DNA from: Gordius albopunctatus
Lineage: Eukaryota
NCBI GenBank assembly: GCA_964276515.1
Contig: OZ193909.1
Location: forward strand, 13,950,001 to 14,014,000
DNA: 64,000 bases
Direction: 5' to 3'
Part shown: piece after piece, positions 22,449-35,134 of the stretch
Numbering within the stretch: the stretch's first letter is position 1
Layout: each line of letters starts with the position of its first letter
The notes under the pieces: model-generated
Told to the model about the DNA's origin: nothing
The model's input: only the letters and a program-made list of their open reading frames with translations
The model's database searches: none
Translations under genes and position numbers: made by a program

Positions 22449-24870
22449 ATGAGCCCATTACAAATTGGGCGCCGGCCTCTGCCAGGGGTAAGGCGCACGC
22501 TTAAGGCCTTGGTCGGATCATGGGAAGTCGGGCCGTCAGGCGTACCGCTTCCCGAAGGAGTGAATACATCCAAGTCTCCCAGGTGGCTCGCGCAATTAAT
22601 TTTCCAAATTAGGGAGACGCGCCGTTGGATATTCTCCCCTTCTGTACTCCCGTCAGGGGCGACGGGGGCGATCCGTATACCATCCCCCAATTATTCCGAT
22701 ATATTTATCCCAGCCCCAAACTTCGAGCACCGTATTATGCAAGTGGAGGCTGCCTTCGGCCGGGATGCGGGATCGGAAACGATTCCCATTTTCAACCTCC
22801 ACAAATCTTTATTCCAATGGAACAAGGAACCAACACACATTCCTCCGACAGGTCCCCTCAACATAGCCACATCAAGGTTGACCCCTCACCACCTGCAATC
22901 CCCCTTTACAAGGAGAATCGCACGAAAGGGGTTCATGCCAAGACTAAACATGCCCAAAATAAGACTCCATAGTGGCATATTCCTCACATCCAGGCGCAAG
23001 GCCATTTCTCGAGGTAAACCAGTATACTTCCAGGCTATGCTAGAAACGGACACAGTAGAAAGAACCGAAAACAGAATTATCAAATCGGCTACATTCTTCA
23101 TTCCCAAGACCAATGGGGACGCGAGAGTCATAACAGATCTCTCCGAAGTTTCCAAAAACTTCATTCATTATCCCGTAAAATTAGCCTCTATTCCTCTAAC
23201 CTCACGACAACTCAGCAGATCATCATACGCCGCAAAAATAGACCTTAAAGCGGCATTTTTTAGTATTCCACTCAACATAGCCGCTCGAAAATATGCGGCA
23301 TATACTTACGAAGGCGTCAAATACCGATACAAAGTCCTCCCCATGGGAGCCTCTTTCTCGCCACGTCCTCCAATCAATAGTCGCGGACCTAACGGCAAAA
23401 TCGGTCGCCAGATGCAAATACAATGTGTACCTGGACGATATTCTTATTTATGGAAACTCATTCACGGAAGTCCAAGAAGATCTAGAATCCCTCATTGCCC
23501 TCGCAACCGAATGGGGTCTAACCATAAACACCTAAAAATCATCCATTCTACCCGAGAGGGAAATCGATTACCTAGGAATGAAAATCTCCTTTTTGGACAA
23601 CTCTATCAGATGCTCGGACCAAACGGTAACGCGATTAGAATACGCTTCCGATATTCTCTTTTTTGCTTTTACATCAAATACTCCTCCTCCACAAAAATTC
23701 TGTTCGAGGCACTAGGAGTTTTGAACTACTTTTTATACAATTTAACGGGGATGTCTAAGTTACTAGCTCCCTTCTATGCATATCTATCGAGGCGAGCAAG
23801 CTTTTTCGACATGAACGCGGCCTGTTTCAAGCTTTTTGCAATCGTAAAATCCCTCAAACACCGCATCCCGCTATATGTCCCCTCCGATACAACCATATAC
23901 ACGGACGCCTCCAGCGAACACATTGGCATCTCGATCCAAGGGAACGATATCTCAGTGTCCTTCAAAGGCGCAGCCGCAGCCTTCAACTACACGTTACCAG
24001 CTAATCCACACATCACGCTCCTGGAAACACTCGGGGCCCTATACGGATACTTGGTAGCCAAGTAAGAAGGCCTGCCGTTCCCAAGAATTCGGACAGACTC
24101 CACCACGGCCTACTATGTCTTAATGAAAGGGGGGTCAAACTCTCCTGTTGTCGAAGAGCTTGTATCCAGGTTCGTCAAAGAATATGGGCTCGACTCCCTC
24201 CTAGCCATACGTTGCAATATCCAATGGATCCCGACGGGGGACAACCCGGCGGACTATCCATCGCGAACGTGGATACCCACGGAACGATACACGGTACCAT
24301 CAATCCTGACGGGCGAACCACCGAACTCAACAGCAATGCCAGACATCATAGACGAAACTGAAGACCTTTACGACTGGACCCAATGGGCTGATGGCGAAAT
24401 CTTAGAAGAGAACGAAGAAGCAGAACGGAACGAATCCACCGCGCTCACTACATGAGCACCTATAAAAGGAAAACCCATGGTTTTTACAACGCTCTTTGGC
24501 ATTTCGCGTTCCACACACCTTTCACGCATCTTCATCCTTCCATTTATATCCATCTTATCCTAAAATTTCGCCATCTTATACATTACGTTTATCACTTACC
24601 TTACGCTTTGTTCAATACCTACTTACACTATCATCGCGATCGCAATTTTTCACCTTTCACTCGCGTCATTACAATACACTCATACGCTTAATACTACACA
24701 ATTGATATTCTACCGTTGTTTATTTATAAATACATATATTTTTCGAATAGAAATATATAAATAAACGCTGTGGGGGATAGTAGGGGGTTCTCCCTGCCGG
24801 AACCCACGGGTCCTATCATGGACGCCTAACGGCCATGATTGGATAATAATCACACGTGAAATTGGGCCAC
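22449..24870 (+). mobile_element. Decayed RT-RNase H retroelement, DIRS-/hepadnavirus-like polymerase, no integrase or recombinase visible
   Basis: RT motifs: FFIPK.NG.ARVITDL, IDLKAAFFSIPL, YKVLPMG, YLDD (23428-23439, shifted frame), IDYLG. RNase H motifs: IYTDAS, HITLLE, RTDS, WIPTGDNPADYPSR. Two compensating frameshifts (about 23360 and about 23660), stops at 23533 and 24063, reading frame ends 24455. GC-rich relative to its flanks. Confidence 0.9.
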
Positions 24871-25527
24871 AAAATTAAATAATTAAACTGTTAATACTTT
24901 TTCTAATTACAAACATAGTACTAATGATATTATTAAGGCATTTTTTATCAAAAACCCTTCATTTTTGCTTAATTAAAATCTTTTGACCTAAAGGTAACCC
25001 CTCTCCCCCTAAGACAATCTTGTCTAGGCCACTGGTGCATAAAATCTAAATAAATTTTGTTGAATAGTAATTTTAAAACAAATTTGAAACTTCCTCCCCC
25101 CTTTAGGCAATCCTGTCTACGCCACAGAGTACTAATCTTTATGTAATTTTTGTCATATCAACAATATGTCATCTTGGATAATGATATATTCAAATATTTG
25201 AAAGCAAAAATTGTGTGATTACAGATGTTTGTGAGGCAATACCTTCCTCATTCCAATCCATTATACTTTTGCATATTTATATGTAAAGATTATATAGTCA
25301 GATATTATGACTTAGCAATAATAAATACCTTATTTTATTATCACTAAAATTATTTTTTAACAGTGAAGTTCAAATTATTGCATTCTACCTTTACCCTCGC
25401 CTGACACTAAGCTTAGCCCCCATAATAAGTTGAACTCTAAAGTTGATTTTAAAACCCATCTATTAGCCACGCAAAAGAATATTGAGTCGACTTATAAAAA
25501 CTAAAAAAAGTTTTTGAATTTATCAAA

Positions 25528-26250
25528 ATGCAGGTATTTCATCTATCTAAACTTTTACGCACAATACAAATACCGCTGCGAAATCAACTAGCTAATAATT
25601 ATTTTTATAATGCGTTAAAAGACAAACCTTTGTATCTCACAAAGCAAGATTTAAATGCTTGTTCAACACAATTTGTTCCTTTAGCTAATTTTATCAGAAC
25701 TAAAAAAAAGAAAGCTCAAGTTTGTTTAAGATACATAGTACTCAATCTCAAGTTTAGGCTATCCAAGTAGATGATGACGATGTGGAAACAGACCAAGAAG
25801 ATGAAGATGCCTCAAATGAAGACGATTTTGGGAAAGATTCAAAGGATATAGTCGTTAACTCATTTAATTTACGTACAGACACTGTGTTAAAAATGAGCAA
25901 TAACATGTCTAAAAAGTAGTATAAATTCTATTTAAATTTTACTAATTATAGAAAAATTGATGACTATTTTCTTGAAGGTAAAATATATTTGAATGGAAAG
26001 GTTCTTACTAAAAAAGCATATGAAGTAATTTTCTTAATATAAATTTATCATCTTACAAATTTATCTTATCTAGGTAAATCCAAATGATGAGATAGATATA
26101 ATTACAGGCACTAGCTTAGAAAATCCTGAAGATTTAGTCAATGTCTATAGAATATTTATATTAACCATCAAAGGTGAAAAAAATAAAATTGGACAATATA
26201 TATTACATGTTCGCAGATTTAAAAATCTAGCTGTGCCAAAGTATCAATAA
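25528..26250 (+). CDS. MTRES1: Mitochondrial transcription rescue factor 1 (C6orf203, S4-like RNA-binding); exons 25528-25719, 25758-25915, 25952-26024, 26074-26250
   Basis: Basic presequence-like N-terminus, RTKKKK, acidic tract, then LRTDTVLK...KIDDYFLEGKIYLNG...KK...V...DEIDII...RRFKNL. Introns of 38, 36 and 49 nt keep the frame. Confidence 0.85.
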
Positions 26251-27343
26251 AAAATGTTTACATTCATAATTTGGTTGCATTGATTTTTATAAATATGTTC
26301 AAACATTGAGTGATAAAAAAATGCTTGTAATTTATTATAATTTTTTAATAGAACCTTAAAAATTTTTTAAACCTTTCCCACCCATTTAGTTATTTGCCTT
26401 TCACCTTCAGCTGTTTATTCATAGTAAAAATAATTCATAATTTTATGATTCTATAATGTGTCTTCTAATTTATCTGACTTTCATTAATATTATTAAATTC
26501 ATATAATCTCAGGTGAACCCATCTCAAATTTAATGTTAGCCAATGTCAAATGTAAATATAGTTAATCCACCTTCAAATTAAATATTGCATCAATTCTTTA
26601 AATTAATTTATCATAAGGTAATAATATCTTGTCCATGAATTCAGTTGTTTTATTATTAACATATATCCTTGATAAATTAGGATTTGCAGATGGATCCATA
26701 TGAAATGTCCAGTGGCATAGCATAGGTAGGATTGCCTAAAGGGTGTGGTGGGATTTTAGAAAATTTCGATGGCTTTTCCAAGGTCATCCCCTCTATTTGC
26801 TTTCCCTTCGCCGTTTTGATTAGTTTAAAATTTGATAAATAAGAATGAGTGAAAGGAAACCTATGCCTCGAAATAAATAAAAATGATAACTTATTTTATT
26901 TTGTATAAATAGACTTAAAAAGCTAATTTTTGTTTTTTTGTAATAATACACTGCTATAAAACATTTATGAATACTTTATTCCTAGGTAAATTATTAATAT
27001 AAAAATAGTATATGTAAAAAAAATTATAACGCTGTACGAGTATTATCTGACTCCCTGCTTGGCCTTTGCCCCCTCCCCCCTATAGGCATTCTCACCCCTT
27101 CCCACCTATCTCGCCCATAAATTGCATAGCAAATGTGCTACGTTTATACGAAGTATAGATTAGTTTTGTAAAAACATTGCCCCAAAACTAGGAGCATGTA
27201 ACAAAACGAACTCCAAGTAGGACCCTCGGCCCCCTTCTATTTTCAAATTTGTGTAAGTAAACTTAATAATACATAGACTAAATAGACTGCTCATTGAGCA
27301 TGCATACATATGAAAATTTTTAAACCAAAATGGTAGCCATCTT

Positions 27344-27720
27344 TAGTGATGCGGAAAAACCGAGAACGAGACGATAATTGGAAAAATGGAGTCGGGATCG
27401 AGACGACACGAGATTTTTTCGGCAAGATCTCGACTTTTTATTGATCGTTAGATTTTATTAAATTATTGTGTATTTTAATTTGCATGATTTACATTTAAGG
27501 TATTAAGTGTAGATCAATATGTATAGAATTATATTTGATATTTAAAAAATTTATAATGGTTGATCCTTAGCGTATGTGAATAATTTTATAATATATTTAT
27601 CACATATTTGTATCCATAGCATTATTGAATATTACAAAATGTTAGGCTTAGAATGAGTTCTGATGGAATAGTAAATATAAATACTACTAAAGCATATTTA
27701 AATTTCACAGTTACTCATCC
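27344..27720. mobile_element. One-ended hAT-like repeat (TAGTGATGCG family)
   Basis: Starts TAGTGATGCGGAAAAACCGAGAACGAGACG. Inverted homologue of 7570-8151. Confidence 0.55.
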
Positions 27721-28379
27721 TGCATGATACGGTAATTATATTATAAATTTGCGGTCAATCAGTTCGAATAATTAAACAAGTTAAGCCAAGGTGGCTGGAG
27801 ATTTTTGAGCACCCCTAACGATTTCAAAAGTACAATAGAGTATTTAATGACACCTTAATAAATTAAATCTTATATTATGAGTTTTCTTGAAGATTTATGA
27901 TTCAACTAATAGTATACCTCCCAAATTTTTGAACCTTAATAAGACATTATGTGAATACATAGTTTCGTCATATGCATTACTTTTCACATTATAAGCTGGG
28001 CGGGCAGGTGCATTTAAATTACTATCCGAGCCAGAAATACCTTGTAGTGGTGGTTGAACTTGTGTACTCTCGTGATCTAAGAAGCTATACCTTTGGTAGC
28101 CAAACACAAATTTTTATGTTTGTTACTGGTGGGGTCACCTTATTGGCAAGGTTTTTGGTGAAGGGTCAGACTTAAATTTCTGGGCTTTTTGAGGGAGTAC
28201 TTAGTGAAATGGAATTGCTAGATTAAGCCTATCAATACGGGTGGTCTAAAGAAAAGTTTAATTAACCAAAATGACTTCATCATAAATAATAGTAGGTAGT
28301 CAAGCGCCAAAATCTAACATAGTTCCGTCAGACTTGGAAGGCCGGGATATCAATAGTCCCTTATTCCATATAAACCAAA

Positions 28380-29360
28380 ATGTATACTACAACAAATAGG
28401 CAGAATGAAAACTATAGGGCGTCCCCCTTAAGCGACGCGCGTATTCTTCGCCTGGAAGGTGTGGGAAATAAACGAAGGCTACCACTCTCTCAACAAACGG
28501 AAGCGGTTAAAGACATTAGTTTGCGTAGGATAAAGTTTGGGTCATGTAATATTGGTAGGTACAATGACTAGCAAGAGCAGAGAATTGGCAGACGTTCTAA
28601 GGAGGAGAAAAATCGATATCGCGTGTATACAAGAGAAAGAGACCAAATGGAAGGGCCAAAAAGCAAAATACATAGGGGGCGGATACAAATTATATTTTTA
28701 TGGTACAGAAACTCACCGGAATGGCATCGGTATAGTGCTATCGGAATAATTTCAGCAAACTGTCGTCGACGTTAAAATAATCAATGACAGAATTATGGCG
28801 ATACAGCTTTGTTATAAATCTACTAAGATAAACGTTATATCAGCATACGCCCCTCAAAGTGGATGCTCTAAGACGGAAAAAGAGTGTTTTTGGAAGGAGC
28901 TTGAAGATGTTCTATCCCAATTCGGTAAAGAGGAATAATAATTATCGGAGCGGACCTCAATAGACACGTGGGCAAATCAATGGGGATTTGAAAGAAATCA
29001 CGGTGATCGGGGTTACGGCCTAAGAAATGAAGGAGGTATGGAAATTCTAGAAATTGCTCAAGCTTTTGACCTAGCAATAGGAAATACCTTCTTCAGAAAG
29101 AGACAGGAACATCTTATAACGTACAAAAGCGGCAGCCGTACCACTCAGATAGACTTCTTTCTAGTCAACAGAGCGCACTTAAAGTATGTTCAAAATGTTA
29201 AGGTAATACCGAGTGAAATATTGGCCTGCCAACACAAGCTGTTGCTGATGGACTTTGTATTAAAGGGAAAAAAGTACAAAGAGTAGCCGCTACTATACAA
29301 TGGAGGAACTAAAGGATAATATTCAAAATTTTCAGGAACAAGTAATTAAACATGCTTAGG
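28380..29360 (+). mobile_element. RTE-clade LINE 5' fragment (AP endonuclease), degraded
   Basis: GSCNIG..MTSKSRELAD...IACIQE..TKWKG, ISAYAPQ, GADLN.HVG, NTFFRKR..HLITYKSG...QIDF...QHKLL, with stops and frameshifts. Confidence 0.9.
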
Positions 29361-29519
29361 AGAATTAAACACGGCGGACATTTAAAAGACTTATATATTG
29401 AGTTTTATACAATAGTTTTTTAAACATTAAAATCTTCTAAAAACATTGAATTAATCGCTAGCTCGAAAGAAATATTTTTTTCGAAATGTAAATATGAGAT
29501 GCGACGGTATTTAGTTAAC

Positions 29520-29886
29520 AAATTAAATTCGCCCCCTCAAGCTCTTCCCCGACCAAAAAGGCTGAAAAATATTCCACTCTCACCAATACAGTTTTCATCC
29601 CCGTGGTGGCCATCACTATTGGCAACCTAGGTTCAGAGGCTCTCGCTTTCCTCGAGCAAATCGGAAAAGCGATGACGAATTCTTCTTTAGAACGTAAGGA
29701 ATTCTTCTGCATCGGGCAAAAGATCGTGTATGGAAATCGTCAAATCCAACACGATTTCCATACACGAATCAATGCCATCCAATTAGTTTTTAACGCGTTT
29801 TCTTTTGTAGTATTTTATTTACCAATGTATTTTACCCACGTGATACTTTTTTATATATTAAATAAAATATAAATTCTCAAAAAAAT
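29520..29886 (+). mobile_element. CRE-like LINE 3' fragment with A tail
   Basis: KKAEKYSTL...FIPVVAITIGNLGSEALAFLEQIG...QKI, then AATAAA and an A run. Confidence 0.65.
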
Positions 29887-30812
29887 TGACTAAATGAATG
29901 ATTGATATAAAATTATACGTTTTAGATGCAAAGGCTTTTAAAAATTGAGATATTTTTGAAAAATATAGCCCCAGCTTAATTTTTATATTTATTTAATCTT
30001 AGCACTGCTTAAATTAATATCTTATAAATTGCATAGCAATTAAAAGTTCATCTCAAATACGAACTAGTTTAAGATCATAGTTAAATTTTTAACAAAATAT
30101 CCAGCAAGCTTTTTAAATCTCAATTCCATTAGGCTTAAAGACATTGCTAAATGAGTAATGGCCTTCGACCCGACCTAACCTTTTTCAGTCCAACTGGGCA
30201 TTTTTGAATTTTCGAAGAAAATATCATTTTCATTAGAAATTTGGCTATAATTGTTGCTTCTATAAAGAAATGCATAATTAAATGATAGCTGAAACACATG
30301 TGCAACGCCATATTGAAAATTTTTATCACTTTATGATTTTCAATTAAAGACCAACTTTTCAGACCCCAGATTTTTTTAATTTTATATTACCCTTAAGAAA
30401 TTATCTTATAAACTTCATCCTATTTTCCATGAATAAATTACATTAAATGGGAAATGAGATAAAATAGAGACGCATATAAAAATGTATTTCAATTATTTTA
30501 TGTTGCCTAACTCCCAAATAGCTCATTCGTCAAAATTTCAGAAAATTGTCCGCAAGATTTACGAGGCGCCATGACATTTCATTTTTTAATCTCTTTTTCC
30601 TAAAGTTTACGAAATATTAAAGTGATCAAATGAGAGTGAGTTTACATTTTTAACGTTATTATATGAATTTGAATTGGGCTTTTTTTATATATTTGAGCGA
30701 GCATATAGTAATTCTTGAATACATTCTATTAGGGTAAGAATATTATATTATAATGATGTTATCATTAAATATTAATTTTTGTATGAAAATAGATGAGGAT
30801 AGATTAATTTAA

Positions 30813-31767
30813 TCTCATATATAAAAATGAAACGATGTGTGTGTGTATATATATGCCGCCACCAATTTTGGAAAACTACCAGACCGATTTCGCTCAAAAT
30901 TTCACGGTTTATTCCTGACACTCCGGAGCATGTTTTAAGATTTGTTCGAGCCAAATCGGTCCACTGTTTTGTTTTATACGTTTTGACGTGTAAAAGAATA
31001 TCAATCAAACGCAATCTCATCGTGTTCTTTGAAAATTTGAATATACAGTTCTTTAATAAAAGTGTATCACTTATAGTATTTTCTAGACCGCCATGCGTGT
31101 AGGTAGTGTAGTGTGATAAATATAGGCATGTGCTGCGGAAAATGGAAACATTTTACGATTTTAAATATTAAATCAAAGTCATTTTTTGCTTATTTTTCAC
31201 GTCAATTATTATTATAGGACAGTCGTGTCCCTTCCTGCGTGGCTAAATAAATTAAAAAATGTCATTTTATCATTTTTTGCGCGTTAAATAAGGAGAAAAA
31301 TGAAAATACTCTTAACAAAGTGCCAATAAATGTTGATATATCTCAGTTCTTCGGACATTATTAAGTTCAGAATTAAAACTTTTATTCAGAAACAAATCAT
31401 TATAATTATGATATTGTTTCTTTATTACAAAAAAATTGAAAAAAATTGCTTGAAGGGCCAGGGGGGCAAAGATTTTTCCCTTGGGGGGGGGGGATGGGGC
31501 CAGGTTTTCTCTCTTGGATGGGCCTGCGCCTTGGACCCTCTTTAACTATTTGTTTAAAATTTTTTGCATAATAAACACTTGCCAATTATATTTGATATAT
31601 TCTTAATATATTATACGGAAATAGAACAATAGAAGTAGAACGTATAGACATTAAACTTTATTTTTACTTCAATAACCGCCTTATCATCATATATGCCCTA
31701 AAATTCCAACATAATTTAATACACCCCCCGGGTAAATGGCAAAGCAACGTTTGCCGGGTTCATCTAG
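30813..31767 (+). mobile_element. Complete non-autonomous Helitron
   Basis: 5' TC, (TG)n near the 5' end, 3' hairpin GGCAAAGCAACGTTTGCC and terminal CTAG. Inserted between A and T with no TSD. The paralogous site at about 54712-54726 is empty. Confidence 0.9.
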
Positions 31768-31825
31768 TATAATATATAGCCAAAATGGCACATTTTTATC
31801 AGCACAGAATTATTTATTTAATTTA

Positions 31826-32838
31826 TTCTTCTTCTTCTTTCTATGACTGCTTGTCACCTAGGCTGGTGGTCAGTCCTTTCAGCATTCGTTTCCATTTGTT
31901 TCTATTTTTACATAGATCTTTCTTTATCTTGTTGACTTTCATATCATGCCGTATTTTATGAATCCGGGTAAGCTTGGGTCTTCCTCTCTTTCGTTTTCCT
32001 GCGAAATTTATCATCTCGATTTTCTTTGCTACGTAGCTATCGTCCCTTCTTTCGACATGGCCATACCATCTTGGTCTATTTGTTAAGAGCTTTGTCGCAA
32101 TTGATGTAGTACCCAAAATTCTTCTTATTTCTTCATTTCGCCTATGGTCCTTTTTGCTTACTCCTAGCACCCATCTTAGCATTCTCATTTCTTGGTCGCA
32201 AGACGTTGCTCGTCTCTTTTACGTATAGCCCATGATTCCGAGCTATACAGGACTGTTGGCTGTATGATGGATTTATACAGTGCGCCTTTCAGTCTTCTCG
32301 GGATATCTTTGTCGCACAGAACACCTGTCAAGTCCCTCCACTTGAGCCATCCGGAATTTATCTTTGCTTGGATTTGTTTATCCATTCCACCATCCGATTG
32401 AAGTGTTGATCCTAAATATTTGAAGGAATCCACACTTGTAAGTTGCCAATCGCCTAAAGTAAGGGTTGCACTTTGCTGGTTTTCATCCGATTTAAACTTT
32501 GTCTTCATGTATTCTGTTTTCTTTCGATTTACCCTGAGATCACTTTCTTCTATTGCATTTACCCATCTATTTACAGTATTAGCCAATTCTTGTTCACTTT
32601 TGGAACAGAGGATTATATCGTCTGCAAAGATCATTGCCCAAGGAGCTTCCTCGCCCAAATCCTTGGTAATATTATCCATTATCATTATGAATAGGAAGGG
32701 ACTAAGAGCTGAACCTTGATGGACTCCAGTATTAATGGCGAAGCCCTTTGTAGTCCCCACCGTTGTTCTAACATACGTTCTATTTCCCTTGTACATATCT
32801 TTTATTGCTCTGACGCATGCTTCTGGCACATTGCTTTC
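31826..32838 (-). mobile_element. 5'-truncated RTE LINE (RT C-half) with (GAA)n tail
   Basis: GVHQGSALSPFLF, FADD, FKYLGS, MRMLRW, RWYGHV, RGRP. Microsatellite tail at about 31826-31840. Empty paralogous site at about 54850-54865. Confidence 0.92.
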
Positions 32839-33915
32839 TTAACGTAAGGTTATTAATTTAACCTTATAGATTGCAGATAAGATCTTTATATGAAATTATA
32901 AACCGATACTTTATTTAATTCCAATTTAAAAGTAAACCTTACCCATAAAAATAATTTTATACTAATTTATTTGTTGATAGTCTATTTAACGCTGTAACAC
33001 TTGCGTGTTATTTATTTAACTAATACCACGTTTTTTTATTCTTTTTATTTTCTCACAACTCTAATATAATATTAATTGCTATGCAATTTATTTTTTTATT
33101 GGGGGGGGGGGGGCTTAAGTTTAATTAGGAGGGCGGGCAAAACATAATTTTTTCTAATTTATAAAGGTTTTTGTATTGTGTAGCCTTTATTTATCTTAAT
33201 TTTGCTTGATTTGTTAATTATAAATATTTTATCGTGTCGAAAAATGATATTTTTTGAAACCCCGCTTGTTGAACTAAATATATTCAATATGGTCAAGCAT
33301 AAGACTCAATCATATATTGATTTATTTGAAACCTTCTAGTGGTTTTGTCCGACTTATTAAAGTTAAATAGAATAAAGTGTAAATTATGGTAGAAGCAACA
33401 ATCCCAAATATTTTTAAACAAAATAATATATAAAGTAAGTGCCATTTGCAAAACAGGCCGAAACATCGTAATTACGCAAAGTGGTGATAATATTTTCATG
33501 ACTAATAAATGTTGGTGCAACCAAACAAACTAGGCGAGCCAGCCAGGATTATGCGGGGGGGGGGGGGGGGGTTCAATTTTTTTGTAGATTTTTTTTTATA
33601 AATAAGGTTGAGAGATGAGTTTGTGAGTGTGACACACCCCGGCTGGCAACATAATAGGATTTTATCAATTCGGGCCCATTAAAATTTTATTTTATATAGT
33701 CTATTATTTTGTTTTTGTGTAATATTATGTCACCTCTATATTTGATTGTATAACAATTATTAATCGTATTTCTTGTGTCAAAAAACTGAGAATCAAATTT
33801 ATAAATTTTCGAAAATATAATTAAATTTAATAATCATTTTTAAGGATCAGGCAGTTCGGGCAGCTTTGAAGGGTTTTAAGTGGGCCGGGTGGGTTATTGG
33901 GAATAAACTCGAACC

Positions 33916-35119
33916 GGTGTAACGTACAGAAATGTCGAACGTTGTAAGATAACGAACGTCAATTACGGATTGCTATTGGTTAAAAACACGAAATAATGAG
34001 TTTTGACGTTTATCTCGTCTTTTTTTACTAGCAGGGGATTGGGTGGGGATTGGGAAAAAGCATTGTTACTTTTGACGATTCCATTGTTATATCAGAGCGT
34101 TTTTAAATTTGAACGTCAATTATCCCATATTTGAATTAGATTAGAGATAGATAACTAATACATTTAAATTGATATAATTATATTCATCTTAATAACATTT
34201 TGTAAGGTAGATGCTAATTGTGCTGTATTTAATATTAAGTTAAATAGAATAATATTATTTTTTACCCTATTTTTTACGAGGGGGGAGGAGAGGGGGGGAC
34301 TTTACCAGGGGGGACTTGCCCCCCTTTGCCCCCCCCTTATTTTTACCCTTTTTCTCACTAGAAGGGGGAGGGGGGTGGAGTGCTTTGCCCCCACCCCTTA
34401 TTTTTTACCCTTCACGAAATAATGAGTTCTGACGTTATATCACGTGTTTTTCAGAAGCAAAGAAAGCATTGTTACTTTTGACGATCCCATTGTTATACCA
34501 TAGCGTTTAAAATTTGAACTTCATTTATCCCAAATTTGAATTAAAGATAATTAATACATTAAACAAGAATTTCAGAAAAGTATTATATAAATTTATACAT
34601 TAAACAAGACAATTAAAAATTAACATTTTGTAAAAGATAGATTCTGTAAGTTAGATGCTAATTGTTTTGTATTAAACATCAAGTTTAAATTTGATATCAA
34701 ATTTATTTTCAGAAACTTATCAATATTTCTAGGATAGATTGGAACCTTAATAACATTTTGTAAGGTAAATTCTAATTGTGAACATTAAGTTAAATAACAT
34801 AATTTATTAATGTGAATCATTAATTTTATAAAATTTATATCAACGTAATAGGTTAGCGCCATTAATTTATAATATTATAACATACTTATTATTTTCCAGA
34901 AATATATAATCTAGCTCCAATAGTAAAAAATAAATTAATTAAAAATTTGCTACATGTCAAATTTAATATTCATTTCATAAATTAAGCATGAAAATAACAT
35001 AATATTATTTCCGCCAATAAGAACTATTTCAACAATTTTAATGAAAATAATAAATGACGCTTGATTGACATGTTTGACGTTCGATATTTTACAACGTTCG
35101 ATGAATCCAATATTACACC
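33916..35119. mobile_element. Non-autonomous TIR element with GGTGTAA termini
   Basis: About 47-bp imperfect TIRs (GGTGTAA...TCGAACGTTGTAA.ATA.CGAACGTCAA). Internal duplication about 33986-34250 / 34413-34700. Absent from the paralog at about 55869. Confidence 0.75.
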
Positions 35120-35134
35120 TGGACGGGTTCGGAC

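Larger units (their letters stand above)
29378..33915 (+). repeat. Segmental duplication, copy A (paralogous to 52418-55870)
   Basis: Colinear blocks, for example 29378 versus 52418 (TTTAAAAGACTTATATATTGAG), 30060 versus 53848/54040, 33290 versus 55315, and 33870 versus 55822. Confidence 0.85.

Noticed and set aside
22625..22972. Overlapping ORF listed as starting MDI..., reminiscent of hepadnavirus core
   Set aside because: It starts at TTG and has no capsid-like helices or Arg-rich tail. It is likely a by-product of high GC.
23360..23660. Apparently continuous 538-aa ORF 22449-24065 as an intact protein or programmed frameshift
   Set aside because: YLDD and DYLG lie in another frame that itself has a stop. 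Two compensating frameshifts in a decayed copy explain it, and no slippery site is evident.
26340..26710. Protein-like minus-strand stretch (MDPSANPNLSRIY...)
   Set aside because: Multiple stops and no recognisable family. It may be a relic but cannot be supported.
27895..28230. Possible exon or pseudo-exon on the minus strand
   Set aside because: No consistent splice partners or domain motif were found.
31330..31545. Repeated ORFs MLIYLSSSDIIKFRIK (also 50156) and WTDLARTNLKTCS (6548, 30772) as a gene family
   Set aside because: They are chance translations of the non-coding Helitron repeat.
28380..32838. RTE endonuclease and RT pieces as one element
   Set aside because: They are on opposite strands, and the RT piece has its own empty site in the paralog, so they are independent insertions.
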